A stretch of DNA of 64,000 bases, from assembly GCA_049663465.1 (NCBI GenBank), contig JBATDM010000105.1:62-64061 (forward strand), read 5' to 3'. The notes beneath the pieces are model-generated. The model did not search any database, was not told the origin of the DNA, and was given only the letters and a program-made list of their open reading frames with translations. This DNA is from Pyrinomonadaceae bacterium. Lineage in GTDB: Bacteria > Acidobacteriota > Blastocatellia > Pyrinomonadales > Pyrinomonadaceae. Both the position numbers and the translations under genes were made by a program. Shown here one piece after another: positions 45,818 to 55,893 of the stretch; within the stretch, counting starts at the first letter, position 1, and the number at the start of each line of letters is the position of its first letter.

Positions 45818-48800
45818 TCACTGACTCAGAGTTGCTTCAACCGGAACGGATATTGGCTCCCAGGCTGGTGAACCTTCATCAAAAAGATCGATCTCGTCCC
45901 CGTTGAGGTCGGGGGAAAGGCTAAAGCTTTCCGACGAACCATCCGCCGCACGCTCAGCCGCGACTTTTAAGAGCCTAATATCCTGGCCCGAAAGTCCCGC
46001 CAATCCGCCTGCTGTCAAAAGTTCCTCAAGAATTCGGTTGACCGACGACCTCATCGCTTCTGTTTCTGCCGCGTCGGCAAGAGCGGCGGCATTTGCCTTG
46101 AGCCGCGACTCGATCGTTGAAAGGCCATTTCCGATAGTTGAACGAAGCTGCGTCGGAAGATCCTTTAGACGTCGGTGCCCCGATAGACTAAACGAACAAT
46201 TGCAAAATGGCTGTTCGAGCAGTATCTCATCCGTATTCGCGCCGCACCGCAACTGCCGTATCTCACGGATCAGCGAGCGAGACTTTGTAACAAATCGCTG
46301 GTCTGCCCACACGATCCGGTAGAGACTCTCAAACGCCGACCACTCGGGCGAGGCGAGGATATTTCTCAGATCATCCGCGACCGCATCTTTCCCCATGATC
46401 GAGCTATGTTTCTCGACATAATACGCAGAATATGTCCCGAGAAAATTCTGCCACAAGTTCTCAACCTGGCTCACATCGCTCGCGTTCGCCCAGAAGGTCG
46501 ACGGATCTATAGCCGCAAGCAGGGATTTGCGTGCCGATTCAACCTCGGCATTATCGGTCACCTCACAAACAGAAAGATACGACGCTATGGCTGTCCGGCG
46601 GCCAACGCCCTTTGTAAACTCACCGAGAGTACGAAGCTCATTTCGCTTTTTCTCAAATTCAGGCTCTGAATCCGAAAAATGTTCAGCGATGGCATGGAGA
46701 GCGTCATCAAGCGATATTTCGTCCTTGACCAAGCGGTCGATCACTTCGGCCATCGAGCCAAAGGTCTTTTTTAGGCTTGCCGCAGTCCGCCATATTTGAG
46801 CATTCAGATTCTCGTCCGGTAACGCATCAAAATCGGCGAGTACGCTGCTCTCCTTCCAGGCAGAGAGCCAACCGGACAACGAGTCAATTATCAGAAGCCG
46901 ATCTTCTGCTCTATCGAGGGACTTGATGCCCGAGTTGCCGGTTGTAAGTTTGGCCCAAGCCAACAGCCTGTCAGGAGCATAGGCCTCATTTAGAGGGTTC
47001 GCCAGGCCAACGATGTCTTCCCAAATGATACGAAGATCGAGCGACCTGTGGCTGATTCGATTTCCGTTCGCCGTTACGAATTCGAATTGACGCTGCGAAA
47101 CAAGTGCGACCATTATTAGCCGCATTGCTTCTCGAGTCAGACCAAAGGGTTGTTCCCCGAAAAGCCTGGCGATAGCGGACAATTCGATCGGCGAACCGTC
47201 ATTCTTTCCGATCGCCTCAAAAGTAGAATTGACGACCGGCAGGGCGGTCAAAATGTCATTCGCTGATGGGACGTAACTTTCACCTTGCTTGATGGCAACA
47301 CCCAGCGGCACCGCAAATGTCTCAGCAAGACCCTGACTATCCGCATTATTTACGCCGCCACCGCCAAAAAAATCAGCGATCAGGGCGGAACAGCGTTTGT
47401 CGTCAAGAACATTGCTAAAACGCGGGTGCTCCGGATATCGTTGCTCGAAAATTGGAGCAAGGGCTTCCGATAGAAGGTGCGTGAGACCATGGGCTGCAAC
47501 CGACGATCCTGCAAATGGATATTCGGCCCCGTCAGCCAGCAATCTTGCTTCTTCAAAGAAGATCCTCTGCCAGATCTTCTCAACCCCCATATTATGGACG
47601 TGAACCGCGGTAGCTAATCCGTCACCAAGACTCTCCCGCACTCCTGCATCCACCTGCATGAGGTGATGACGTTGGATCAGTTCCTTTTCATCCGGCGCCA
47701 GCTCCGCAATTTTCCAAATAATTTCGCCGGGCACTGGTTCCGGAATTGAATCTGCAAAACTTAGGCGGACTATCCAATCCAGATCCTGCGTTATGGCAAC
47801 TCCATTAGAATTCCAGATCACCGCCCCGCGCCGGATTCCACCACGCCACTCTACCGTGCAGAACGTCGAGCGAATCTCAGAGCTTGCGGACATCCCGGCA
47901 TCAGCAAATTTATCAGCGGTCACCTTTAGCAAGACATCGGAAATGACCTCATCGCCAACCGTCCCTAAAGCACTCGCCATGACGTCGCCCACTTCAGATT
48001 TCGCGATCAATCTAAAGCAATACTTTGGCGGACGGTCGTCCTGTTCGACCTTCACTATTGCACCGGGAATAGCTTCGACGCACGTGTCGAGGAGTTCGCC
48101 AACGTTAATTGACATCGAGCTGCCGTCATCGGCAAATATCATCATCGATGCTGCGATCTCCGCACTTGTGGTGCCCTGTCCATTCAGCGAGAGCATGAGC
48201 AGGCCTTTCAAGAGGAGCTTTGCATGTAACCGTTGGTGGACCGGCATTTTCGACACAACTTGCTGTTCTATCGAATCAAACGACACAAAGGCATCAGACA
48301 ACTCAGGTACGGCCCGCAATTTCTTCTCTACACTGTCGTACACTTCATCCAGCCCGATCAGGGAGTTGGCCGGACGTCCGAGAATTCTAACTCCGGCTTC
48401 GGCCGCAAAGCCGAGAAGTGCAAAGTCGTGGACGTACAGCCGGATCAACGGAGCGATCTCGACGGTTGCTGGATGCAAGGGATAGAGTGAAGTGAAACGC
48501 TGCTCACTCCAGCGAAATCCCGGCATTACCTGCCGATAATATTCGTAGATCTCGCGAAGCAGTGGAAGCTGCTGACTGTGCTTGGTAAATATGTGCGCAT
48601 CAACGATCTTGTAGAGGTGTTCCTGATCAAGATAGTCAATGGTAAAGCTCGCCGAGATCGAAGAATTTGGCCCGTCCGCCCCTGAAATATCATCGTCGAG
48701 AGCCACACCAACAAAAATCCCGAGCGTATCTGCGGCATCTGCGACCTCGCTGATCAGCGGCCCGTCGTCTCGAGATACCCTGGTTTCCCGGCCAAGTGCA

Positions 48801-49300
48801 GTGTCTATGAGGACAACAAGAGGTGAGTCGCCGGCATGCTCCGAAGCTCGCAATAAGAGGTCATAGAGCGAGTCGCTCAGTGTGCCGGGATTAACTCCCA
48901 ACAGCTCAGCAACCGCGAGTCTAAGCTCGTCTACCAGCGATATGCCAACGCCACGGCGAACCGCGACGACGCATCCATGTCTTCGTGAGAGGCGATCCGC
49001 ACTCGCGGCGACATAGGGATGACCGATCTTCGGCCGGAGCTCCGGATTTGCGACCAAGGCCCAAATGACAGAGAGAAAATGGCTCTTTCCAACCCCTCGA
49101 AACCCTGCAAGCGCGAGAGCAGCCCCCTGTCCCGGTTTGACGCGAGAAATGGCTTCGATCCATTTCCCCATCAAGTCGGCTGTAATATCGGTAAAATGAT
49201 AGCCGGCCAGCGTAAGTGCTGGGTCCGCGCCAAAATCGTTCAGGTGCGTAAACGGACGCACCTCGACGATGTCTCTTACCTTTTCTGCGACACGCTTCAT
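45818..49300 (-). CDS. large P-loop NTPase, BrxC/PglY-like (DUF499/DUF6079-like), orphan
   Basis: 1160-aa ORF. Walker A context LAGFRGVGKSHFLSVIWAL closely matches the GFFGSGKSHFLK context of BrxC as I recall it. A Walker B-like PLVVLIDT follows. The long helical C-terminal region contains CGANTDEILLEQPFCNC. Confidence 0.55.
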   Translation of the reverse strand: MKRVAEKVRDIVEVRPFTHLNDFGADPALTLAGYHFTDITADLMGKWIEAISRVKPGQGAALALAGFRGVGKSHFLSVIWALVANPELRPKIGHPYVAASADRLSRRHGCVVAVRRGVGISLVDELRLAVAELLGVNPGTLSDSLYDLLLRASEHAGDSPLVVLIDTALGRETRVSRDDGPLISEVADAADTLGIFVGVALDDDISGADGPNSSISASFTIDYLDQEHLYKIVDAHIFTKHSQQLPLLREIYEYYRQVMPGFRWSEQRFTSLYPLHPATVEIAPLIRLYVHDFALLGFAAEAGVRILGRPANSLIGLDEVYDSVEKKLRAVPELSDAFVSFDSIEQQVVSKMPVHQRLHAKLLLKGLLMLSLNGQGTTSAEIAASMMIFADDGSSMSINVGELLDTCVEAIPGAIVKVEQDDRPPKYCFRLIAKSEVGDVMASALGTVGDEVISDVLLKVTADKFADAGMSASSEIRSTFCTVEWRGGIRRGAVIWNSNGVAITQDLDWIVRLSFADSIPEPVPGEIIWKIAELAPDEKELIQRHHLMQVDAGVRESLGDGLATAVHVHNMGVEKIWQRIFFEEARLLADGAEYPFAGSSVAAHGLTHLLSEALAPIFEQRYPEHPRFSNVLDDKRCSALIADFFGGGGVNNADSQGLAETFAVPLGVAIKQGESYVPSANDILTALPVVNSTFEAIGKNDGSPIELSAIARLFGEQPFGLTREAMRLIMVALVSQRQFEFVTANGNRISHRSLDLRIIWEDIVGLANPLNEAYAPDRLLAWAKLTTGNSGIKSLDRAEDRLLIIDSLSGWLSAWKESSVLADFDALPDENLNAQIWRTAASLKKTFGSMAEVIDRLVKDEISLDDALHAIAEHFSDSEPEFEKKRNELRTLGEFTKGVGRRTAIASYLSVCEVTDNAEVESARKSLLAAIDPSTFWANASDVSQVENLWQNFLGTYSAYYVEKHSSIMGKDAVADDLRNILASPEWSAFESLYRIVWADQRFVTKSRSLIREIRQLRCGANTDEILLEQPFCNCSFSLSGHRRLKDLPTQLRSTIGNGLSTIESRLKANAAALADAAETEAMRSSVNRILEELLTAGGLAGLSGQDIRLLKVAAERAADGSSESFSLSPDLNGDEIDLFDEGSPAWEPISVPVEATLSQ

Positions 49301-49563
49301 TAGAAATGCTCTAGATCAAGCCTGGGAATTCGGGCCAATATTGTGCTCCAGTGAATTTGCGATCTCAGTCCCGACGGGACTATCGAAGTATATTTTAACA
49401 AGTTTTATCACTTTAGAGAATACTTATTTTCCCTTCAAGACGACTTTCTTGCTTTTTTCAACTTTTCACAACTTTTCTTGGCAGTTTTGCATCACATATT
49501 CGTTGGAATAGCATTGAAATAGGGCTACAATCTCTATAAGCGTTCACGAATGGGAGAAGTATT

Positions 49564-50739
49564 ATGCGAAAGGCAGTAAATAGGCGTTTTGGAGCGGGCA
49601 TTTTGATCGCAAGTATCTGGTCGAGTGTGATTGTCGTCATTCCGACGCACACGCTAGCTCAGGACGCCAAAAAGGATAAAGCGGCACCAACAAAGCAGGC
49701 GAAGAGTGAGAAAGCTAAGAAGGACGTAAAACCGGCGCCGACTCCTGCCTCGACTTTGAGCACAAAGGAAGATCCGGCACAGATCGGCAAGCGAAAGATT
49801 AATTCGGGAACGGATCGATTCTTCGGTTGGTTGGGCGGATCCCAGGATAAGGAAATGCAGCTCGGCCGCCAGCTCGCACTTGAGGTAGAGCAAAGTGCCA
49901 AAATGGTCGACGATCCCGTAATTACAGAGTACGTTAATCGGGTTGGGCAAAACATCGTACTTCACTCGGACGCGAAGGTTCCGTTTACGATCAAGGTCAT
50001 CGATAGTGACGAGGTGAATGCTTTTGCTTTGCCGGGCGGCTTCTTTTTCGTCAACAAGGGGCTGATCCTGGCTGCCGACAACGAGGCTGAACTTGCGGGC
50101 GTCATGGCTCACGAGATAGCTCACGTAGCCGCTCGTCACGCCATGGAGAACCAGGGCAAGGGTACTTTTATCCAGTATGGAATGCTTGCGGGAATTATCT
50201 TTGGCGGCGGCATAGCGAGTGCGGTTCTTCAAAACGGCGGCGGAATTCTTGGAGCCTTAGGCATGCTGAAATTCTCGCGCGGAGCTGAGGAAGAGGCTGA
50301 CCGCCTAGGTGTTCAATACCTGTACGCTTCCGGATACGATCCGACTGCAATGTCCACTATGTTTGAAAAGCTTGCTTCGCAGAATAAAAAGAAACCGGGT
50401 ACACTTGCGAAGCTTTTTTCATCGCATCCCCAGTCACTTGAACGGCGCGATGATAGCTTACAGCTTGTAGCCCGTTTTCCAGAAAAAGAAGAATACACGA
50501 TCAGCACGTCGGAATTTCAACGCGTCAAGAGCCATCTATTCCGCTCGACCAATGCAAAGGCTGGAGTGCTGGTGGATTACGATCAAACTGATGACAGCAG
50601 GCCGACCCTGAAGAAGAGACAGCCTGATGCCTCCGATCCAAATGCAGATAGCGGTTCAAGTTCTTCGTCGGACGCTCCGCCGACTCTTAAGACGAAGGGC
50701 GAACCGGAACCAAAAGCAACTCCTACTCCTCAGGGCTAA
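49564..50739 (+). CDS. M48 family zinc metallopeptidase (secreted)
   Basis: Signal peptide. HEIAH zinc motif (VMAHEIAHVAARH) and the downstream GAEEEADRLG. Confidence 0.85.
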   Translation: MRKAVNRRFGAGILIASIWSSVIVVIPTHTLAQDAKKDKAAPTKQAKSEKAKKDVKPAPTPASTLSTKEDPAQIGKRKINSGTDRFFGWLGGSQDKEMQLGRQLALEVEQSAKMVDDPVITEYVNRVGQNIVLHSDAKVPFTIKVIDSDEVNAFALPGGFFFVNKGLILAADNEAELAGVMAHEIAHVAARHAMENQGKGTFIQYGMLAGIIFGGGIASAVLQNGGGILGALGMLKFSRGAEEEADRLGVQYLYASGYDPTAMSTMFEKLASQNKKKPGTLAKLFSSHPQSLERRDDSLQLVARFPEKEEYTISTSEFQRVKSHLFRSTNAKAGVLVDYDQTDDSRPTLKKRQPDASDPNADSGSSSSSDAPPTLKTKGEPEPKATPTPQG

Positions 50740-50762
50740 GCACTTTCTCAGCTAAAACAAAC

Positions 50763-50793
50763 ACGGGCCATTCGTTTGGCCCGTATTTCTATT
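50763..50793. terminator. rho-independent terminator between convergent genes
   Basis: ACGGGCC-ATTCGTTT-GGCCCGT followed by ATTTCTATTT. Confidence 0.5.
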
Positions 50794-50809
50794 TGTGAAT
50801 GTGGAAATC

Positions 50810-52339
50810 CTAGTTCTTGATCGGCGGCGTCTGCGGGGTTGATACCGGTTGAGCCGTTGGCTGCCGATTTACGATCACCGTTGTCAGAGCTTGTGGAATC
50901 TGATTTACCAGAATGTCGCCTTGATTCTCAATGATCTGATCGATCATCTCAAACTTCTCTTTATCAAAATCTCTGGTCATCAACACCCCATCCTTGTCGA
51001 TCGTCATTGGATAGATGCCAAAGAGTTGATTCTTAAAATTTTGAAAGAATGATATATCTTCCGGCGGCAGAATTGCGGCCCGCTCAGGATTTGCCGCTGG
51101 AATTGTTGCACCGATCAACTCCAACTGCTCTTTTGACTTAGCAACATAATCGCTGTTTGGATAGTCGCTAACGATCCGCTGAAAGTATCGGGCTGCTTGG
51201 TCCGTCTCTTCCTCAACAAGGTACGTTACCGCAAGCTTATACAAAACCTCATCCATAAAGCTGAAGTTCGGATATTTGTCGATTATCTCGCGAAATCTTG
51301 ACTGCGAGCCCTTGAGTCCACCCTTTTTCTGATCGACCGAGAGAACGTAGTAGTAGTTCGCGATCAACAAGTTGTGAAGGCCAAGATTGTCCTGAACTTG
51401 TTTTAATCTCGTTTCAGCCTCCCCCAATAGCAAAGGGTCCTGACATTGCTGCATCAAGGCTTTGAGTCGTGTCTCCGCCCTCTTGGCACGTGTCGCATCC
51501 CGGTCGGGCAGCCCGATCTGACGCATTTCGGCCTCACCGATCTTTAGGATCACGCGACACGACAGTGGATGCGTGGGAAAAAACGTTAGCCAATCCTGAT
51601 ATGCTCCGATCGCCTGGATCAATGAGCTGGTTGAGCCTTCGAGATAAAAAGAATCCCCAACCGCCAACTTGGACATCGGCAGATACGGTGAATCGGGATA
51701 TGTAGTAATGATCGTCTGGAACAAAAGCCGCCCAACATCATAATTCTTTTTTCGGACTTCGCGGGTAGCGACAACAAACAACTCACGGTCGCGGCCGACC
51801 TGAACGCTACCAAGAAGCTCGTCGTATTCGTCACTTCCGCCCCCGCCAAAGATACCGAGAAACTTTTTCTTTTTCTTCTTTTCCCGAGGCTGGCCGATAC
51901 GGGACACCGGATTCGCGCGGGCCGATGCGGTCTCGAATAGCGCGGTATCTGCACGAGTCTGAAACTCGGCAACCAACTGTTCAAGGGTATCAATATCGGA
52001 ACGCTCAAACTTGTCGCTCCGATCGACCTTACCGCGAAGACTGTTCACGTCCGACTGCAGGCGGGAAGCGTCCTTTTCCAAAGCAACAAGCCTGCCTAAA
52101 GGCGTATCAAGTTTTTTCTCGTCATCCTTTTTAGCCTTATCGGATTTGTTGTCTTCCTTGAGCACCGCGATCGAACTGTCGAGTGATCGTCTGAGGCGTT
52201 CAAGCTTGTCCCTCATCACCTGTAGGCGCTGAAGGTCGGTACCATCGCCAGGTTTCGTTTGGGCATACGCACTGGAGCCCAACCCGAAGAGCAACAATAA
52301 GAAAAGGGCGAGGCCCTTGTTAAGATCAATACTAATCAT
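50810..52339 (-). CDS. BamD/YfiO-like TPR outer-membrane assembly lipoprotein with long N-terminal coiled-coil extension
   Basis: TTYPDSPYLPMSKLAVGDSFY and IVSDYPNSDYVAKS resemble BamD TPR motifs. There is a poly-Lys linker. Start set at ATG 52339 (MISIDLNKGLALFLLLL). Confidence 0.55.
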   Translation of the reverse strand: MISIDLNKGLALFLLLLFGLGSSAYAQTKPGDGTDLQRLQVMRDKLERLRRSLDSSIAVLKEDNKSDKAKKDDEKKLDTPLGRLVALEKDASRLQSDVNSLRGKVDRSDKFERSDIDTLEQLVAEFQTRADTALFETASARANPVSRIGQPREKKKKKKFLGIFGGGGSDEYDELLGSVQVGRDRELFVVATREVRKKNYDVGRLLFQTIITTYPDSPYLPMSKLAVGDSFYLEGSTSSLIQAIGAYQDWLTFFPTHPLSCRVILKIGEAEMRQIGLPDRDATRAKRAETRLKALMQQCQDPLLLGEAETRLKQVQDNLGLHNLLIANYYYVLSVDQKKGGLKGSQSRFREIIDKYPNFSFMDEVLYKLAVTYLVEEETDQAARYFQRIVSDYPNSDYVAKSKEQLELIGATIPAANPERAAILPPEDISFFQNFKNQLFGIYPMTIDKDGVLMTRDFDKEKFEMIDQIIENQGDILVNQIPQALTTVIVNRQPTAQPVSTPQTPPIKN

Positions 52340-52367
52340 ATTACTAGTCCTAAAAACAGCCGACCGT

Positions 52368-53030
52368 CTAGATCCACGCCGTCCCACGTTCAATCAAACC
52401 TTTAACTGCCTCGGTCGGCTTGCCGCCTCCGAATACAGCCGAGCCCGCAACTATTATCTCCGCACCAGCTCCGACGATCTCAGCAATGTTACTGGCGTCA
52501 ATACCGCCGTCGATCTCGATCCTGACCGAAAGCTCGCGTGTTGTGATCATCTCCTTCAGCCGTCGGAGTTTATCCACCATCGTCGGGATAAACGTCTGTC
52601 CTCCGAAGCCCGGATTCACCGACATGAGAAGCACAAAATCAGCGTATGGGAGTGTCTCGGTAAGCGATTCTATCGGCGTAGCCGGATTTATCGCGATCCC
52701 GGATTTTGCTCCTGCATCCCGTATCGCCGTCAATGTCCTCTGCAAATGAGCGTCTGCTTCAACGTGAACCGACACCATATTCGCTCCGGCCTTTACGAAA
52801 TCGACCGCATACCGTCCTGGCTCAGAGATCATCAAATGCGTATCGATCGTCATATCGGTCGCCTTTCGGATCGATCTGACGACCGGGAGACCGATCGTGA
52901 TGTTCGGCACAAAATGACCGTCCATCACATCAACATGAAGGATAGTCGCTCCGCCATCTTTTACAGCCTCGATGGCTTCTGCAAGCCTTGTAAAATCCGC
53001 CGAGAGTATCGACGGTGCTATTTCAAACAT
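52368..53030 (-). CDS. rpe: ribulose-phosphate 3-epimerase
   Basis: PSILSADF, HVDVMDGHFVPN and MSVNPGFGGQ motifs. Confidence 0.95.
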   Translation of the reverse strand: MFEIAPSILSADFTRLAEAIEAVKDGGATILHVDVMDGHFVPNITIGLPVVRSIRKATDMTIDTHLMISEPGRYAVDFVKAGANMVSVHVEADAHLQRTLTAIRDAGAKSGIAINPATPIESLTETLPYADFVLLMSVNPGFGGQTFIPTMVDKLRRLKEMITTRELSVRIEIDGGIDASNIAEIVGAGAEIIVAGSAVFGGGKPTEAVKGLIERGTAWI

Positions 53031-53083
53031 TCACGTTTAAGTCTCTTATTTTGTTGCTATTGTGACGCTAATCGTTGCACCAC

Positions 53084-53728
53084 CTACGGGCGGATCGTTG
53101 GTTTAGTAACTGGCTTGTTCGAGGCCGGATTAGGCAACCGCGTCATGGGTGGAGTTTGAGTATTCTTATTCGTTTTTTCAGACGAATTATTACTGGTTCC
53201 TTTGTCTTTCTTGTTCGAGTTGCTCTCCGGCGGGTCCGACTTCGGATCTGAATTCGACTCGACTGCATTCACGTCCCGCGCGGTATCCGCTTTTTTCCGA
53301 TTGGAATTCGTAGCCTTCGATTTCTTCGGCTTATCCGAGATCATTTCCTCAATCTTAGCCGAGTCGTCCTCTTCATTTGTGTTCTTCAAGCTGTCGGGTT
53401 GATCGCCTTCCCCCGGACCCTTACTAACGACAACACGAATAGTTTGCCCGGTCTTAACTGTCTCCCCGGCTTTCGGAAGCTGTTCCACTATCGTACCCGG
53501 AGTTTCATTGCTAAATCTATCCGCTCGTTTTTTTATCTGCAAGCCGAGCAATGCAAGCTCTTTCTCACTCTCGGGCACATCCTTACCAAGTATTTCAGGC
53601 ACCTGAACCTGCTCTCCCTGGAGGGACATATACACGACGCCCGCCATGCCAAACAAAAACGCCAGACCGAGCAGTCCGACCGCGATCAATCTTCCAATGG
53701 CAGAGATCCCTGAATTAACGAAGCTCAC
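53084..53728 (-). CDS. PASTA-domain membrane protein
   Basis: N-terminal TM helix, one PASTA-like unit (VPEILGKD...GQTIRVVVSKG), and a low-complexity Ser/Asn/Lys tail. Confidence 0.6.
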   Translation of the reverse strand: MSFVNSGISAIGRLIAVGLLGLAFLFGMAGVVYMSLQGEQVQVPEILGKDVPESEKELALLGLQIKKRADRFSNETPGTIVEQLPKAGETVKTGQTIRVVVSKGPGEGDQPDSLKNTNEEDDSAKIEEMISDKPKKSKATNSNRKKADTARDVNAVESNSDPKSDPPESNSNKKDKGTSNNSSEKTNKNTQTPPMTRLPNPASNKPVTKPTIRP

Positions 53729-53815
53729 AATTTACACCTCAAAATCAAAAAATGAGTTTAACACCTTTGCGAGAAAGGGGAAAACGAGATCGACCTCAAT
53801 TGGACCATACCGTAG

Positions 53816-55108
53816 CTACGAAACGCGGCGAAACTTCGCAATAAAAAACCCGTCCATTCCATCCCGCGAAGGCGATGTCCTAACAAAGCCCTCCGGGGTA
53901 AAAAATCTAGCATCAACCTCGGGGTTCACCGGCTCAAAAAGCATATTCGCTGTCGCAAAACTGCTGCAAACTGCCTCATTTTCCTCCCGCTCGATAGAAC
54001 AGGTGGAATAGGTCACCGATCCGCCGACCTTCACGAGTTTTGATGCATTAGTAAGGATAGCGAGTTGTTTAGCGAAAAGGTCGGGGAAATCTGATTCTGA
54101 AAGGTGGTATCGAATCTCCGGGTTCCGTCGTACCGTGCCCGTCCCCGAGCATGGTGCGTCCACTAACACAGAATCAAATGACGCATTATCAAATGGAAGC
54201 TCAATCGTTGCGTCGTACTGCACGATCGCAACATCCTCGGTCCGCTGGTGCCGACAGTTATCGCGAAGGATCTGAATACGGGACCTGTGGATATCCCCAG
54301 CCGCAATCATACGAGCCGTCGGGTTCAATAGGCTTATGAGACCGGTCTTTCCCCCAGGGGCCGCGCAGACATCAAGAAATCGGCCGTTTGGTGGCACCTC
54401 TATCGCCCTTGCAACCATCTGCGACCCTTCGTCCTGGATATAGATCTCACCGCCAACCGCAAGTCGGTTCAACTCCGAACCCTGTCCATTTGCAACATAC
54501 GCTCCTTTGACAAATTCAGACTGTTTCGCTGTGCCTGCAAACTTCCGAGCCTCGTCAGAAGCAGCCGCCAGCAATCGAAAGGCAGTGTTTGGGGAATGAT
54601 TGTTCGCCTTGCCTACCGCCTCGGCTTCAGCGATCTCCAGATCAGTGATCCATTTATCGACGAGCCATTGCGGATGCGAGGTTTCGACCGATATCCGATC
54701 GATTTCATTTGCATACGCCAGTTTCGGAGCCCCGAGGGAAGCCTTGCGAAGAATAGCATTAACGAACCCTTTCGCAGATGTCTTTCGGGCCGCCTGAACC
54801 AGATTTACGCTTTCGTTGATCGCAGAATATTGTGGTATCTTATCAAGAAAATAGAGTTGATACAGTCCCAAACGAAGGGCAAGACGCACCTCAATATCCA
54901 ACTTTTTGCCTTTCGCAAACGACTCAACTACGCGATCTAGATATATTTGCCGGCGAAGTGTACCGAGGACAAGTTCATGGCACAGTCTGCGGTCAGATTC
55001 GCCTAGATCGGCCTCAAAGACCGGCAATAGAACAGACGAATAGGCCCGCTCCGTCTCGATTCGACGCAAGATCTCAAATGCGGCCAGGCGTGCCGGAGAA
55101 ATTTTCAT
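53816..55108 (-). CDS. rsmB: 16S rRNA (cytosine967-C5)-methyltransferase
   Basis: NusB-like N-terminus. DVCAAPGGKT SAM motif and the DAPCSGTG catalytic motif. Confidence 0.85.
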   Translation of the reverse strand: MKISPARLAAFEILRRIETERAYSSVLLPVFEADLGESDRRLCHELVLGTLRRQIYLDRVVESFAKGKKLDIEVRLALRLGLYQLYFLDKIPQYSAINESVNLVQAARKTSAKGFVNAILRKASLGAPKLAYANEIDRISVETSHPQWLVDKWITDLEIAEAEAVGKANNHSPNTAFRLLAAASDEARKFAGTAKQSEFVKGAYVANGQGSELNRLAVGGEIYIQDEGSQMVARAIEVPPNGRFLDVCAAPGGKTGLISLLNPTARMIAAGDIHRSRIQILRDNCRHQRTEDVAIVQYDATIELPFDNASFDSVLVDAPCSGTGTVRRNPEIRYHLSESDFPDLFAKQLAILTNASKLVKVGGSVTYSTCSIEREENEAVCSSFATANMLFEPVNPEVDARFFTPEGFVRTSPSRDGMDGFFIAKFRRVS

Positions 55109-55893
55109 TCTGAGATCTTATATGCCTCTTTCTTCCGCTGCGACAGGCGTTGGGAATGGTCGGGACCAGTTCCCTTTTGAAGATCGGCTCCAACGGTAAC
55201 ACGCTCATCAAAAACAAAACACTCGCCTTCCCATAAAGTATCCTCGGCCAGAGTTTCTTCCAGGTACTTTAGGATACCGCCTTCGAGTTGGTAAACCTCA
55301 TCGAACCCGATCTGCTTCATATACGGGGCAAATTTTTCACATCTGATACCGCCGGTACAAAACATTGCAATACGCTTGTGTTTGAATGGATCAAGGTGCT
55401 CCGCAACATAAGCCGGAAGCTCGCTGAATTTGGAAATATTGGGGTTTATCGCACCGCGAAAAGATCCGGACCGGTACTCATAATCATTCCTTGTGTCCAG
55501 CAATAGGGTTTCGGAATCTTCCAGGAGGCTGTTCCACTCGGCGGACTTTATGTGGGTACCTTTTCCAAGCGAAATGTCAACGAATTGCTTCAATGTAACG
55601 ATCTCAGGCTTTATCTTGACGTCGATCTTGCGAAATGGCGCGGCTGCGTGCAGCGACGACTTGTAGATGAGATTAGTTTCAAGAACACATTCCAAACGAG
55701 GTACGAAATTCTGAATCTCCTCCGCCGTGCCGCAAACCATACCGTTATAGCCTTCGTTCGCAATGATGATCGTTCCGCGAATGTTCAATTCATGAAATAA
55801 TTCGCGAATCGAGCTCCGGATCGTCTCTAGGTCCCCGATCACGGCCATATTCTTAAACTCGTAAAACGAGATTATCTGAAACTCCTTATTCAT
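55105..55893 (-). CDS. trhO: rhodanese-domain tRNA uridine(34) hydroxylase (UPF0176/YceA)
   Basis: MFCTGGIRCEKF active-site loop and a UPF0176 N-terminal domain. Confidence 0.8.
   Translation of the reverse strand: MNKEFQIISFYEFKNMAVIGDLETIRSSIRELFHELNIRGTIIIANEGYNGMVCGTAEEIQNFVPRLECVLETNLIYKSSLHAAAPFRKIDVKIKPEIVTLKQFVDISLGKGTHIKSAEWNSLLEDSETLLLDTRNDYEYRSGSFRGAINPNISKFSELPAYVAEHLDPFKHKRIAMFCTGGIRCEKFAPYMKQIGFDEVYQLEGGILKYLEETLAEDTLWEGECFVFDERVTVGADLQKGTGPDHSQRLSQRKKEAYKISE

Noticed and set aside
47793-48485. 230-aa plus-strand ORF inside the large P-loop gene.
   Set aside because: It is antisense to a continuous 1160-codon ORF and has a Ser/Thr/Ala-rich composition with no motifs.
49459-49478. 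Direct repeat CAACTTTTCA CAACTTTTCT in the AT-rich region upstream of the M48 peptidase and the P-loop gene.
   Set aside because: There are only two 10-nt copies and no complementary arm. This is probably promoter-region low complexity rather than a member of the period-7 hairpin class.
52317-53159. 280-aa plus-strand ORF.
   Set aside because: It is antisense to rpe, which has unambiguous motifs, and has an Arg/Ser-rich composition.
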